From positions 1,873,623-1,937,622 of the forward strand of contig NC_019738.1 in NCBI RefSeq assembly GCF_000317515.1: a DNA stretch of 64,000 nucleotides, written 5' to 3'. Positions 51,384-60,398 of the stretch are shown piece by piece. A program made the translations under genes and the position numbers. This DNA is from Allocoleopsis franciscana PCC 7113 (GTDB taxonomy: Bacteria > Cyanobacteriota > Cyanobacteriia > Cyanobacteriales > Coleofasciculaceae). The notes under the pieces were generated by a model. That model had not been told where the DNA came from. It made no database searches and saw only the letters and a list, made by a program, of their open reading frames with translations. Within the stretch, counting starts at the first letter, position 1; the number at the start of each line of letters is the position of its first letter.

Positions 51384-52426
51384 GAAAAAGTTGGCTGGTT
51401 ATTCGTCCCCAACAGTTGCCAGTATCTTTTCACTTGGATCAGCGCGTACCCACCGTACTTCTGGTGTTAGGATTGGTTACCCTGACGCTAATTGTCCTTA
51501 ACGTCGGACAGGGCGAGTATCCCATTCCTCCCCTAGAAGTTTTGAAAACAATCTTGGGAATGCCGAGCACTAATCCAGATTATCCCTTCATTATTAATAC
51601 CTTACGCCTACCTCGAACATTAGTCGCCTTCGCGGCTGGGGTGGGATTAGCGCTTTCCGGTACAATCCTTCAAGGTTTGACACGCAATCCCTTAGCCGAC
51701 CCTGGCATTATTGGTATCAATGCAGGTGCGGGTTTGGCGGCTGTCAGTCTAATTGTTCTGTTTCCAACTGTTCCTTTATTTCTCTTACCTTTGTCTGCCT
51801 TCGCGGGTGCTTTGACGGTTGCGATTCTGATTTACCTGATGGCTTGGGATAAAGGCAGTTCCCCACTCCGTTTAATTTTAATGGGTGTCGGTTTTGCGGC
51901 TGTCCTCAATGCCTTGACGACGTTAATCATCGCCTTTGGGGAGATCAATAATGTAAGTCAGGCTTTTGTTTGGCTAGCAGGAAGTGTTTATGGACGCAGT
52001 TGGGAACATTTGGGGACAATTTTGCCCTGGTTGGGTGTTTTCGTCCCCCTGTCGTTAATACTTGCAATGTCGCTGAATGCACTCTCTTTGGGCGACGATA
52101 TGGCTAAGGGTTTGGGGGCTAGGGTTGAGTGGCAGCGTGGGTTGCTCTTACTCAGCAGTGCAGCAATGGCAGGTGCATCCGTAGCCGTCGCGGGTACGAT
52201 TGGCTTTGTCGGATTAATAGCACCGCACTTGGGGCGTCAGCTAGTGGGGCCAACTCATGAAGGTTTGTTACCCACGGCGGCACTCACTGGTGGAGTGATT
52301 GTCGTTCTGGCTGACTGGCTGGGGCGAGTTTTATTTGCGCCCATTGAGCTTCCCTGTGGAGTCGTGACAGCCGCGATCGGTACTCCTTATTTTCTCTACT
52401 TGCTAATCCGCAACCGCAAGCGATGA
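51365..52426 (+). CDS. Iron-chelate ABC transporter permease (FecCD family), second subunit
   Basis: Paralogue of the previous gene; overlapping stop/start. Confidence 0.8.
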   Translation: MEGEAMRKSWLVIRPQQLPVSFHLDQRVPTVLLVLGLVTLTLIVLNVGQGEYPIPPLEVLKTILGMPSTNPDYPFIINTLRLPRTLVAFAAGVGLALSGTILQGLTRNPLADPGIIGINAGAGLAAVSLIVLFPTVPLFLLPLSAFAGALTVAILIYLMAWDKGSSPLRLILMGVGFAAVLNALTTLIIAFGEINNVSQAFVWLAGSVYGRSWEHLGTILPWLGVFVPLSLILAMSLNALSLGDDMAKGLGARVEWQRGLLLLSSAAMAGASVAVAGTIGFVGLIAPHLGRQLVGPTHEGLLPTAALTGGVIVVLADWLGRVLFAPIELPCGVVTAAIGTPYFLYLLIRNRKR

Positions 52427-53244
52427 CATCACTAATGCACAAAAAAGAAATTCTGTCAACTCGTAGACTCTGCCTAGCTTATGATGGTGTACCCATCATC
52501 ACAGACCTCGACCTGGCTATTCCTGCGGGGAAAATTACAACATTAGTTGGACCCAACGGCTGTGGTAAGTCAACCTTACTGCGGGGGCTTGCGAGATTGC
52601 TGAAGCCTCGTGCTGGCAACGTTTACCTCAATAGTGCTGACATTTTCAAGTTATCGACAAAAGCAGTAGCTAAGCGACTGGGAATTTTGCCTCAAGGCCC
52701 TGTTGCTCCGGAAGGCTTGACAGTGCGAGACTTGGTGGCGATGGGTCGTTATCCTTATCAAAACTGGTTGCAGCAGTGGTCTAAAGACGATGAACACCTG
52801 GTAGAGCAAGCGTTGGTGACTACGGGGATGAGTCACTTAGCAGACCGAGGACTGGATACCCTCTCCGGTGGGCAACGGCAGCGGGCTTGGATTGCCATGG
52901 CATTAGCGCAGGATACTGAAATTTTACTATTGGATGAACCGACGACATTCTTGGACTTGGCGCATCAAGTTGAGGTGTTGGATTTGCTTTATGAGTTGAA
53001 CCAGAGCAAGGGGCGGACAATTGTGATGGTACTGCATGACCTGAATCAGGCGTGTCGCTATGCTGATCATTTAGTAGCTGTGCGGCAGGGTCAAGTTTAT
53101 GCCCAAGGTGTACCCTTGCAAGTGATGACAGAAGCGATGGTGCGCGAGGTTTTTGGCTTGGAGTCTCATATTATGCAAGACCCTGTGGCGGGAACGCCGA
53201 TGTGCGTTCCGGTCGGTCGCAAGATGAAGGTGAGGCAAGATTGA
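52423..53244 (+). CDS. Iron-chelate ABC transporter ATP-binding protein (FecE/FhuC-like)
   Basis: [29 protein letters not shown]. Confidence 0.85.
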   Translation: MTSLMHKKEILSTRRLCLAYDGVPIITDLDLAIPAGKITTLVGPNGCGKSTLLRGLARLLKPRAGNVYLNSADIFKLSTKAVAKRLGILPQGPVAPEGLTVRDLVAMGRYPYQNWLQQWSKDDEHLVEQALVTTGMSHLADRGLDTLSGGQRQRAWIAMALAQDTEILLLDEPTTFLDLAHQVEVLDLLYELNQSKGRTIVMVLHDLNQACRYADHLVAVRQGQVYAQGVPLQVMTEAMVREVFGLESHIMQDPVAGTPMCVPVGRKMKVRQD

Positions 53245-53330
53245 ATGTTGGAGTGACACCCTGGGCGACGCTGGCTGATTTGTCGTTATGTTGGAGTGAC
53301 ACCCTAGGCAACGCTGGCTGATTGGTCGTT
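53245..53330. repeat. Tandem 43-nt direct repeat x2 between convergent genes
   Basis: ATGTTGGAGTGACACCCT(G/A)GGC(G/A)ACGCTGGCTGATT(T/G)GTCGTT duplicated head-to-tail. Confidence 0.6.
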
Positions 53331-53355
53331 CCCTGGGCTTGTTTTGGCTTCCTCA

Positions 53356-55239
53356 CTATTCCCATTTCGGACTTGTCAGAGTAGCACGCAGACGCCATTG
53401 ACCTCCAGGAGACAAGACTTCCAACAAACCACTGTCCAAATCTTCCTTGAGGTAGGGGCTTGCCAACACAGGCCAGTTTTTCAGAACTCGCTCTTTGCCA
53501 TTGATGCTGGCGCGACCGATGCCACCGTCCGGTTCGTAAGTCATCTCCAATCGCTCGTTCTGTAGGCTGGTATAAGCAAGCTGACCCAATTTTTCCCACG
53601 AGTGATCGCTCACCTGCGTTTTGTCCAGGGCACTCTTCAAACTCTGAAAATCTGGGTAATCCGCCACTCTAGCTGCATCAGTAATCCAAGCTGTCTGAGT
53701 CCCCATTGCTGCCAAAGCTTGGTAGTCCTTGTCCTTCTCTGATACAGTCGCCTGCCAGCTAATTGTTTCGCCCCAAGGACGGGCACATAACCAGGTTTGT
53801 TCGATCCGCCAGATATACCAGTTCCCATGCCGTTGGGGTCTACCATAACGCGCTGGCAAAACCAAGTGAGAACGCGCTGGCACTCCAGCCGCTTTGTCTT
53901 GGTCGTTGAGTCTCAACTGGTAAATGACCGCACTGCCTTGCTGTACATACTGGTCGCCGGGAGAACGCCCAGTTGCCATCGGAGTGTGAAACGTTCCCCC
54001 CAAACTGACTACGGCGTTACTCACGCCCTTGGGGTCGCGCACCACCAGCTTGTAGATAGCATATTGAGCGTTGATCGTTCCCTTTACTTGGTAGGAGCGT
54101 TGCGGTTCTAGGAGGGTGCCCAAGCTGTAGTCCGGGGTGACATAGAACGTTTCCCAAAATCGGTTTCCCTCGTCATAGCTGAAATAGCCGGGATGGCTGG
54201 CTTGCAACTGGAACGGTAAGGGCACTTCTTTCCTCGCGATCGCTCTGAATGGAACTGGAGGACGGTAGTCACTCAAGGCAGCGAGTAGGGCGACGGGTGC
54301 GTATCGATTGCCAATGCGTTGTGCAGTTTCCGGCCTATCGCCCCACCACATCCAGGCTACAGCACTCAGTTCGCTTCCATCCCAAGTGCCGCGATCGAAA
54401 CCGCGACTCCCTGCACCGCCTGCCGTTCCCCAACTCAGGCGTATAGCCATATTCGCCGCATACCAATCTAAGGCCGCTTTGGCTAGCTGCTTCAGTTGGG
54501 GGGTATGGGCGAAGTTGTAGAGATTGAGCAAGCCAGCGATCGCATATCCGTAATAAGTTGAAGAATGGAACTCACCTTGCCCAATCGTGAGAAATTTATT
54601 GAGTTCTGCCCTGAGCCAAGCCTCATTGGTGGCAGCTACGCCGGGGAGAGCGTTAGGCCAACCACTACCATCCATGAGTGCCAGACCAGACAGGCGTTGC
54701 ATGAACATGTGGTTCTCGGTACCCTGTTCCATCCACTCCAAGACACGCGGGGCATCCAGCATACTCCGGTAAGAAGCTTCTACTTCTTTAGGTAAAATGT
54801 CTCGGAACCGGAAGAAGATGGGGATGTCAAAAACGCTTCGGAAATGGTAAAGGTTGGGTTGGTCTTTGTCCAGCTTCAGCAGCATGTTCCAACTTTGCTG
54901 GGAGTCGTAGCGATTTCCCAAGCTGAGGCGGGCTAAGAGAACTGGGAGTAGGTACTTGTGGGGGTCGTCGAGTTTCTCGCGCCGCCACCAGGCATCCAGT
55001 TCATCTAGGTTTTGCGCGGCTATCTTCTCTCGGATGGCAAGACTGCGAGCTTGAAAAGCCGCTTCTTCTTGAGTATCGTTCGGGATGCTAGCACTGAGAA
55101 TTCCTGCTGAGCGATCGTACTCCTGAGACAGGAGTGTGGCGTGTGTCTGACTTCTCACTGGCAAAACAAATGCCCAATTCGCTATACCAATCAAGGTGAA
55201 GAGAGCTGCGATCGCTAGGAGCAAGAATCTGAGTTTCAT
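53356..55239 (-). CDS. Hypothetical secreted protein (627 aa)
   Basis: Signal peptide/anchor; Trp-rich; no family recognised. Confidence 0.45.
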   Translation of the reverse strand: MKLRFLLLAIAALFTLIGIANWAFVLPVRSQTHATLLSQEYDRSAGILSASIPNDTQEEAAFQARSLAIREKIAAQNLDELDAWWRREKLDDPHKYLLPVLLARLSLGNRYDSQQSWNMLLKLDKDQPNLYHFRSVFDIPIFFRFRDILPKEVEASYRSMLDAPRVLEWMEQGTENHMFMQRLSGLALMDGSGWPNALPGVAATNEAWLRAELNKFLTIGQGEFHSSTYYGYAIAGLLNLYNFAHTPQLKQLAKAALDWYAANMAIRLSWGTAGGAGSRGFDRGTWDGSELSAVAWMWWGDRPETAQRIGNRYAPVALLAALSDYRPPVPFRAIARKEVPLPFQLQASHPGYFSYDEGNRFWETFYVTPDYSLGTLLEPQRSYQVKGTINAQYAIYKLVVRDPKGVSNAVVSLGGTFHTPMATGRSPGDQYVQQGSAVIYQLRLNDQDKAAGVPARSHLVLPARYGRPQRHGNWYIWRIEQTWLCARPWGETISWQATVSEKDKDYQALAAMGTQTAWITDAARVADYPDFQSLKSALDKTQVSDHSWEKLGQLAYTSLQNERLEMTYEPDGGIGRASINGKERVLKNWPVLASPYLKEDLDSGLLEVLSPGGQWRLRATLTSPKWE

Positions 55240-55457
55240 CGTTAATGTCTGAAGAGATTCCCAGTCTATACTCTCTAGGGGATTTAGTCATACAAGACAA
55301 TAGGCGATCGCTCCTGCTTGGGTCAGTTACCTGAAATGAATTGTGAGTAAGCTTGGATAGGAATTCTCTTAACCCCGTGAGCCACTAGCCGCAGAACGTG
55401 GAATGCACGATTTGACATAATTTAGAGCAAGCTTTTACAAACCTTAAATTTATAACT

Positions 55458-56296
55458 GTATGGCTACAATTCTCTTCTGGAATATCAACAAAAAACGATT
55501 GTTTGAAGGGATTATATCTCTTTGTGATGAACATGAAGTTGATATTTTGATTTTAGCGTAAGCAAAACCAGATATATCAGATACAGAGGTACTGATAGCT
55601 TTGAATTCAGACCGTAAAAATGTATATATTTCCCCATTTAATCCGTCTCCACGTTTATCATTCTTCTTTCGATATCCGTCTGAATCAATTGGACTCGTAG
55701 CTGACGAAGGAGGTATTGCGATTAGAAAGATATCTCCACCGATTGGAATGGATATACTTTTAGTGGCGCTTCATCTGCCTAGCAAGCTTTACATGACGGA
55801 GGACGATCAAAAGTTCCAGGCAGTCAGAGTTTCTCAACTTATTCAAGAGGCTGAGAGCAAGGTAGGACACACGAGAACTTTAGTTATTGGCGACTTCAAT
55901 ATGAATCCCTTTGAAGCCGGTATTGTTGGAGCAGATGGTCTTCATGCTGTGATGACTCAGAGTATTGCCCGAAAGCACAGTCGAAAAGTTCAAGGAAAAG
56001 AAAGACCATTCTTTTAGAATCCCATGTGGGGGCGAATGGGCGACTCTTCTGTGGGAGCGCCAGGAACTTATTACTATGCGGGTTCATCCTATGTCAGTTA
56101 CTTCTGGAATACATTTGATCAAGTGCTGTTAAGACCCGCTCTTCTGGATTTTTTCTCGCAAGATGATTTAAAAGTTATTTCCAAAATTGGAGCTAATAAT
56201 TTAATGACGGAAAACGGGATTTTTTCGTCTTATTCAGACCATCTTCCAGTAATAGTTACACTTCAAATCGAAAGGATGAACCAAAATGAGCAGTAA
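55458..56296 (+). pseudogene. Endonuclease/exonuclease/phosphatase (EEP) family gene disrupted by in-frame stop and frameshift, AT-rich
   Basis: MATILFWNIN...EVDILILA then TAA. LVIGDFNMNP in the second piece. SDHLPV in the third piece (56024-56296). Confidence 0.5.
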
Positions 56297-56759
56297 GAAA
56301 AATCTATGGGGTGAGTTACCAAATCCTGAAACTATACGCACTCCTTATGCCATTCTAAAAGAGCAGGCATCTCTACTCAGCGAGATAACAAATGGTTTAC
56401 TTATTGGCGAGGTTATTAACAGCCAAAATGGTAAATTTTTTGTTAAAATTCTTAGAATAAAAGCACCCTCGCTTAATAACTACACTTACTCGGTGGTAGA
56501 GGTACAGCACTTAATCCAACTCTATCCTGTATTTGTTAAAAATTTAACTTCCGATCCCCTTACTAATGCAACAGATTTCATACAATCTTTAATGGGTGAT
56601 TTGAAAGGTTATGGCTTGCTTGAAAAGCAGGGTTACAACAAGTGTTCCTCTGAGGAAGAATTTGAAAATGCTCTTGGTGAAATCTTATCTTCTCAAGAAG
56701 TTAAACAAGTTATCTCAGCTTTACTAGCTCAAATTCATGCAGATATACCAAAGCAGTGA
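56286..56759 (+). CDS. Hypothetical protein, translationally coupled to the EEP pseudogene
   Basis: 157 aa, AT-rich, ATG overlaps the EEP stop. Confidence 0.4.
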   Translation: MSSKKNLWGELPNPETIRTPYAILKEQASLLSEITNGLLIGEVINSQNGKFFVKILRIKAPSLNNYTYSVVEVQHLIQLYPVFVKNLTSDPLTNATDFIQSLMGDLKGYGLLEKQGYNKCSSEEEFENALGEILSSQEVKQVISALLAQIHADIPKQ

Positions 56760-56778
56760 AGCTGTTTTATTGTTAGTT

Positions 56779-57084
56779 TCAGTTAAAGGAAAGCAGGCAA
56801 CAGCCAAGATCAATTGCCCTACCAACCTTTTCCTGCCAGACGGCGGGAGTCAAACTGTAAAGCACCGCCTTGCCATCTCGTGTCGCCTCAACAAACCCCT
56901 CTTCCCGCAGAATTTTGAGGTGGTGCGATAGCAAACTTTGCTCCACATCTAGAACAGCGTTCAACTCCCCAACATGCTTTGGCCCTTCCATCAGGATTTC
57001 CAAAACGGCTAGACGAGTGGTGTCTGCTAAAACTTTCAGCTTGCGGACGCAAAACGACTGAGGTAATTCGCTTTTTGGGTTCAT
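56779..57084 (-). CDS. arsR: ArsR/SmtB-family metalloregulator
   Basis: wHTH LADTTRLAVLEIL...HVGEL...LSHHLKILREEGFV; Cys near N-terminus and C-terminal CC pair. Confidence 0.8.
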   Translation of the reverse strand: MNPKSELPQSFCVRKLKVLADTTRLAVLEILMEGPKHVGELNAVLDVEQSLLSHHLKILREEGFVEATRDGKAVLYSLTPAVWQEKVGRAIDLGCCLLSFN

Positions 57085-57110
57085 AGCTGCCTGCCTGGAT
57101 TGAACCGCGA

Positions 57111-57136
57111 TTGATATAAATATAATTTCATATCAA
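57111..57136. promoter_or_regulatory. Putative ArsR operator (imperfect 26-bp palindrome)
   Basis: TTGATATAAATATAATTTCATATCAA 27 nt upstream of the arsR start; copied upstream of the pst-like operon. Confidence 0.45.
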
Positions 57137-57173
57137 TCGCCAAAAAAACACCCTTATCCTCTCTTTTTCCGAA

Positions 57174-58142
57174 TTAACAGCAACCGCCACCCACGTAGTG
57201 CCACGTTGAATCTGTAATGATCACATCCTCAGGTCGTGACTTCCCTAGCTTTGCGGCTGTCTTATCGCAGACAACGGCGGGTACACCCCGTTGGAGAACA
57301 TGTCCTGCTGAGTCATCAAAAAATTCTTCGCTACCCTTGTAAATCGCTGTTTTTCCCGTGAAAATGCAGGCACCATCTTCAGGAATCGGGACTTTGAAGG
57401 CAACACAATCCAGACTTTCTAACAGCAAATCTTCTTCCAAATAGTAAGTGTGACGATCTAAGAGTCGGTAAGGACGACGGGCGCGAATTTCCACCTGACC
57501 AAATCCAGCATCAATAATCCGTTGAGTATACTGCTCATAAGTCAGAGCACCAGATAGACACATCGCCCTCAATCGTTCATCTTGTTGCAAATGTACTGGG
57601 ATAGGACGAGTGGCAATGGGGTCGCTCATTTGCAGGCGTCCGCCTGGTTTTAATACCCGGTAGGCTTCTTTCAAAGCTTTGGTGAGGTCATCCGGCTCAA
57701 AGATATTAAATAAACAATTTTGTGCCACGACATCCACAGAGGCATCTGGCACAGGCAGGGCGAAGGCGTCTCCATCCCGAATTTCGACAAAACTGGGGTT
57801 AAACCAGGGATTTTCTTGAGCAGCCAGTTCTAGGTTACGGGTAGCTGCTTCCCGCATGGCGCTGACCGGTTCAACAGCAATAACGCTACCAGAACGGCGG
57901 GAAAAATAGGCGAATTGCAACGCTTCCAAGCCGCCACCGACACCGACATACAGTACAGTTGGCTCATTGGTGAGTTCAGCCGGATGAACCGTTGTGCCGC
58001 AACCATAGTTCATTTGCTGCATGGGTTCAGGAATGCTCAGTCCTGGCAGTCTCAGGGGGCTACTTTGGACGCAACATAAACCCACTTGGGGCGTTTGGGC
58101 AACTTCACTGTAAAATTCGGCAGTTGTTTTAAGATAAGTCAT
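57174..58142 (-). CDS. arsM: Arsenite S-adenosylmethionine methyltransferase
   Basis: YSEVAQ...GLCC...YGCG block as in AS3MT/ArsM, SAM-MTase motifs VLYVGVGGG / LKPGGRL, C-terminal Cys pair. Confidence 0.85.
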   Translation of the reverse strand: MTYLKTTAEFYSEVAQTPQVGLCCVQSSPLRLPGLSIPEPMQQMNYGCGTTVHPAELTNEPTVLYVGVGGGLEALQFAYFSRRSGSVIAVEPVSAMREAATRNLELAAQENPWFNPSFVEIRDGDAFALPVPDASVDVVAQNCLFNIFEPDDLTKALKEAYRVLKPGGRLQMSDPIATRPIPVHLQQDERLRAMCLSGALTYEQYTQRIIDAGFGQVEIRARRPYRLLDRHTYYLEEDLLLESLDCVAFKVPIPEDGACIFTGKTAIYKGSEEFFDDSAGHVLQRGVPAVVCDKTAAKLGKSRPEDVIITDSTWHYVGGGCC

Positions 58143-58373
58143 CTGAATCCTCTGTTTGGCAACGATTATGAGGCTACGGTGATCAGGAAAAAACTTAATA
58201 CCTGTATCAGTAAATTCTTTCTGTCAGCTTTGATACTACTGAACAATTACTGGAATTAACTGCGAGTACAAGTTTTTTTCAAGATTTTTCGAGGAGCGAT
58301 AAGCCTAACGTCATGCTGACGCTCGAACAGAGCTGCGCTATCGCATTTTATACCCGCGTTTCTCCGTTCACAG

Positions 58374-58910
58374 CTAAGTATTCCTCAAATCTTTGAGTTT
58401 AGCTCTAATGGTTTCGATTCGTTTACGGTTCGCTCCCAAGTCCGATGTTCCCAGGCGCGAGGCAGATCGAACGTGAATTACCTTGGCGCTTTCATCTAGT
58501 AAAAATTCCACATCATCGACAAAACCCCAAAAGGCGCTCGTGAATTCTATGTAGAGGTAATTCTCAGTTTCTGTGATGATTTTCGCCCTCTCCAGGTTCT
58601 GAATCACTGTTTTGAGGTTAGCCATTACCTGTGTCGGTGTCGAGTTGTAAGTTAAAGGCTTAATTCGATGTATAGAATCAAGGCTTTGACTATTAACACA
58701 GTTGGGTGTGCTAGGGCAAGGCGCTAGTCGTCCTGAGCAAACACCGATATTCGTAGGTCGTTTTCCGGCAAACCTTGTTCCTCGTGTTGCGCTGAGCCAG
58801 CACAGAGCAACTAATAATGTTGAAAATGTTGTGGGCTTTGTCTTGGATAAGGTTGTACAGAAGATTAGGATTAATCTTAGAATTGCTCGTTGTTGAATCT
58901 CTGCTGTCAT
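58374..58910 (-). CDS. DUF1499-like protein
   Basis: C-terminal half resembles DUF1499; start codon probably internal. Confidence 0.4.
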   Translation of the reverse strand: MTAEIQQRAILRLILIFCTTLSKTKPTTFSTLLVALCWLSATRGTRFAGKRPTNIGVCSGRLAPCPSTPNCVNSQSLDSIHRIKPLTYNSTPTQVMANLKTVIQNLERAKIITETENYLYIEFTSAFWGFVDDVEFLLDESAKVIHVRSASRLGTSDLGANRKRIETIRAKLKDLRNT

Positions 58911-58966
58911 TCGGCTTTGGAGTTTCCCTGTTATCGATATGACCTTAGTATGGCTTGCTCAGCCAT

Positions 58967-60337
58967 TTATCTAAGTCTCAACCAATCTTTGATTTCCTGA
59001 ATCAGCCAGAGGCGCTCTACTGTAGCTAAAGGGTTAGTTGTATATTTTCGGCTACCCGTCTCGATCGTTACGCCCTTGGGCGCGGCTGTTCTCTTGATTT
59101 CTTCTTCACCAATAGCGATAATCCTTGACGTTTTAGCACGTCGCCACCAATAAGGAAAACCAAATAATTTTCGTCTAATTTCAAAATGGTTGCGATCAAA
59201 ATATAAATAAGTTTGTGTAAAGGCAGGTAATATTACTGCACTCATCACCACTATCCCTAGGACACCTATCACAGCCGTACCCACCCACGGAGTGATGGTG
59301 TAAGAACTCCAGCTCCAAAACAGGTTGAGGTAGTTTGGCAGCTGAATTAAGAAAGGAACAATGAACCCAAGTAGGTAAAACGATCTAAACGCTTTTTTCC
59401 CACGTCGGGGAATTCTAATCTCTAGCTGACTGGCAGACTTCTTCAGTTGAATTTGGCTACCTGTAGGCTTATAATTGGTAATTGCAGGACTGAGTTTATG
59501 TTTATTTTGAAGTGCTTCTAAAGCTTGTTGAGCTGTGCTAAGCCGTTCTGACAAACTAGGTTCTGTAAGTTTACCAATCCAATTCACAAAACCGCGATCG
59601 ATGCTGACTTTATCAGCAAATTGAATACGTGCATCGTGTTGCGGTAAGTCAGCAGGAGCAACACCTGTTAAAAGATGAATTAAAGTTGCGCCTAAAGCAT
59701 ACAAATCAGATGCAGGAACCGCTCGACCCCCGAATTGTTCCATGGGTACATAACCATAAGTTCCCACTACCGTAAAGGTGGCACCTTCTAGCACCGCTTG
59801 GTCTTGTACGGCTCCAAAATCAACCAAGTAAACTCGTCCATCTTCGCCCCAAATTAGGTTACTGGGTTTGATATCTCGATGGATGATGAGTGGATTTTGT
59901 TCGTGCAGGTAGACCAAAATATTCAATACTTCAACGGCAATTTTTTCGACTTCTGCCTCAGAGAAGTGCTTACCTTCATTGAGTAATTGTTGAACAGAAG
60001 TACCTGGAATATAACTGTGTACCAAGCCAAACCAGGAAAATCTTGAACCGGGTTGGTGGTCGAGTACGAAGTAATTTCGATACTTAGGAATTCGGGGATG
60101 GTCTAGTTGTTGCAAAATTTGAGCCTCACGCTCAAACAACTGGCATTCATTCAGGTGCATCTGCGGATTGAGAGCTAACAGTTTCACAACAACCTGTTCT
60201 TGGGTGTGTGAAGCCAAATCGATTGCCAGCCAAGTTTGACGACTGGCATCCTGTCCTAATATTTCCTTAAGTTGGTAACGCTGAATGAGATTGTGTTCTG
60301 CTAAGCTAGCCTGTAGTACCTGTCCCGCTTGTGGCAT
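58967..60337 (-). CDS. Ser/Thr protein kinase with C-terminal membrane-anchored domain
   Basis: HRDIKPSNLI, DFG, APE-like; two C-terminal TM helices. Confidence 0.8.
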   Translation of the reverse strand: MPQAGQVLQASLAEHNLIQRYQLKEILGQDASRQTWLAIDLASHTQEQVVVKLLALNPQMHLNECQLFEREAQILQQLDHPRIPKYRNYFVLDHQPGSRFSWFGLVHSYIPGTSVQQLLNEGKHFSEAEVEKIAVEVLNILVYLHEQNPLIIHRDIKPSNLIWGEDGRVYLVDFGAVQDQAVLEGATFTVVGTYGYVPMEQFGGRAVPASDLYALGATLIHLLTGVAPADLPQHDARIQFADKVSIDRGFVNWIGKLTEPSLSERLSTAQQALEALQNKHKLSPAITNYKPTGSQIQLKKSASQLEIRIPRRGKKAFRSFYLLGFIVPFLIQLPNYLNLFWSWSSYTITPWVGTAVIGVLGIVVMSAVILPAFTQTYLYFDRNHFEIRRKLFGFPYWWRRAKTSRIIAIGEEEIKRTAAPKGVTIETGSRKYTTNPLATVERLWLIQEIKDWLRLR

Positions 60338-60398
60338 TGTCCAAGCCTCCCTAATTGCTGATATTCAGTGGCATGTGAATCTCACGAATCTTGCTGTT

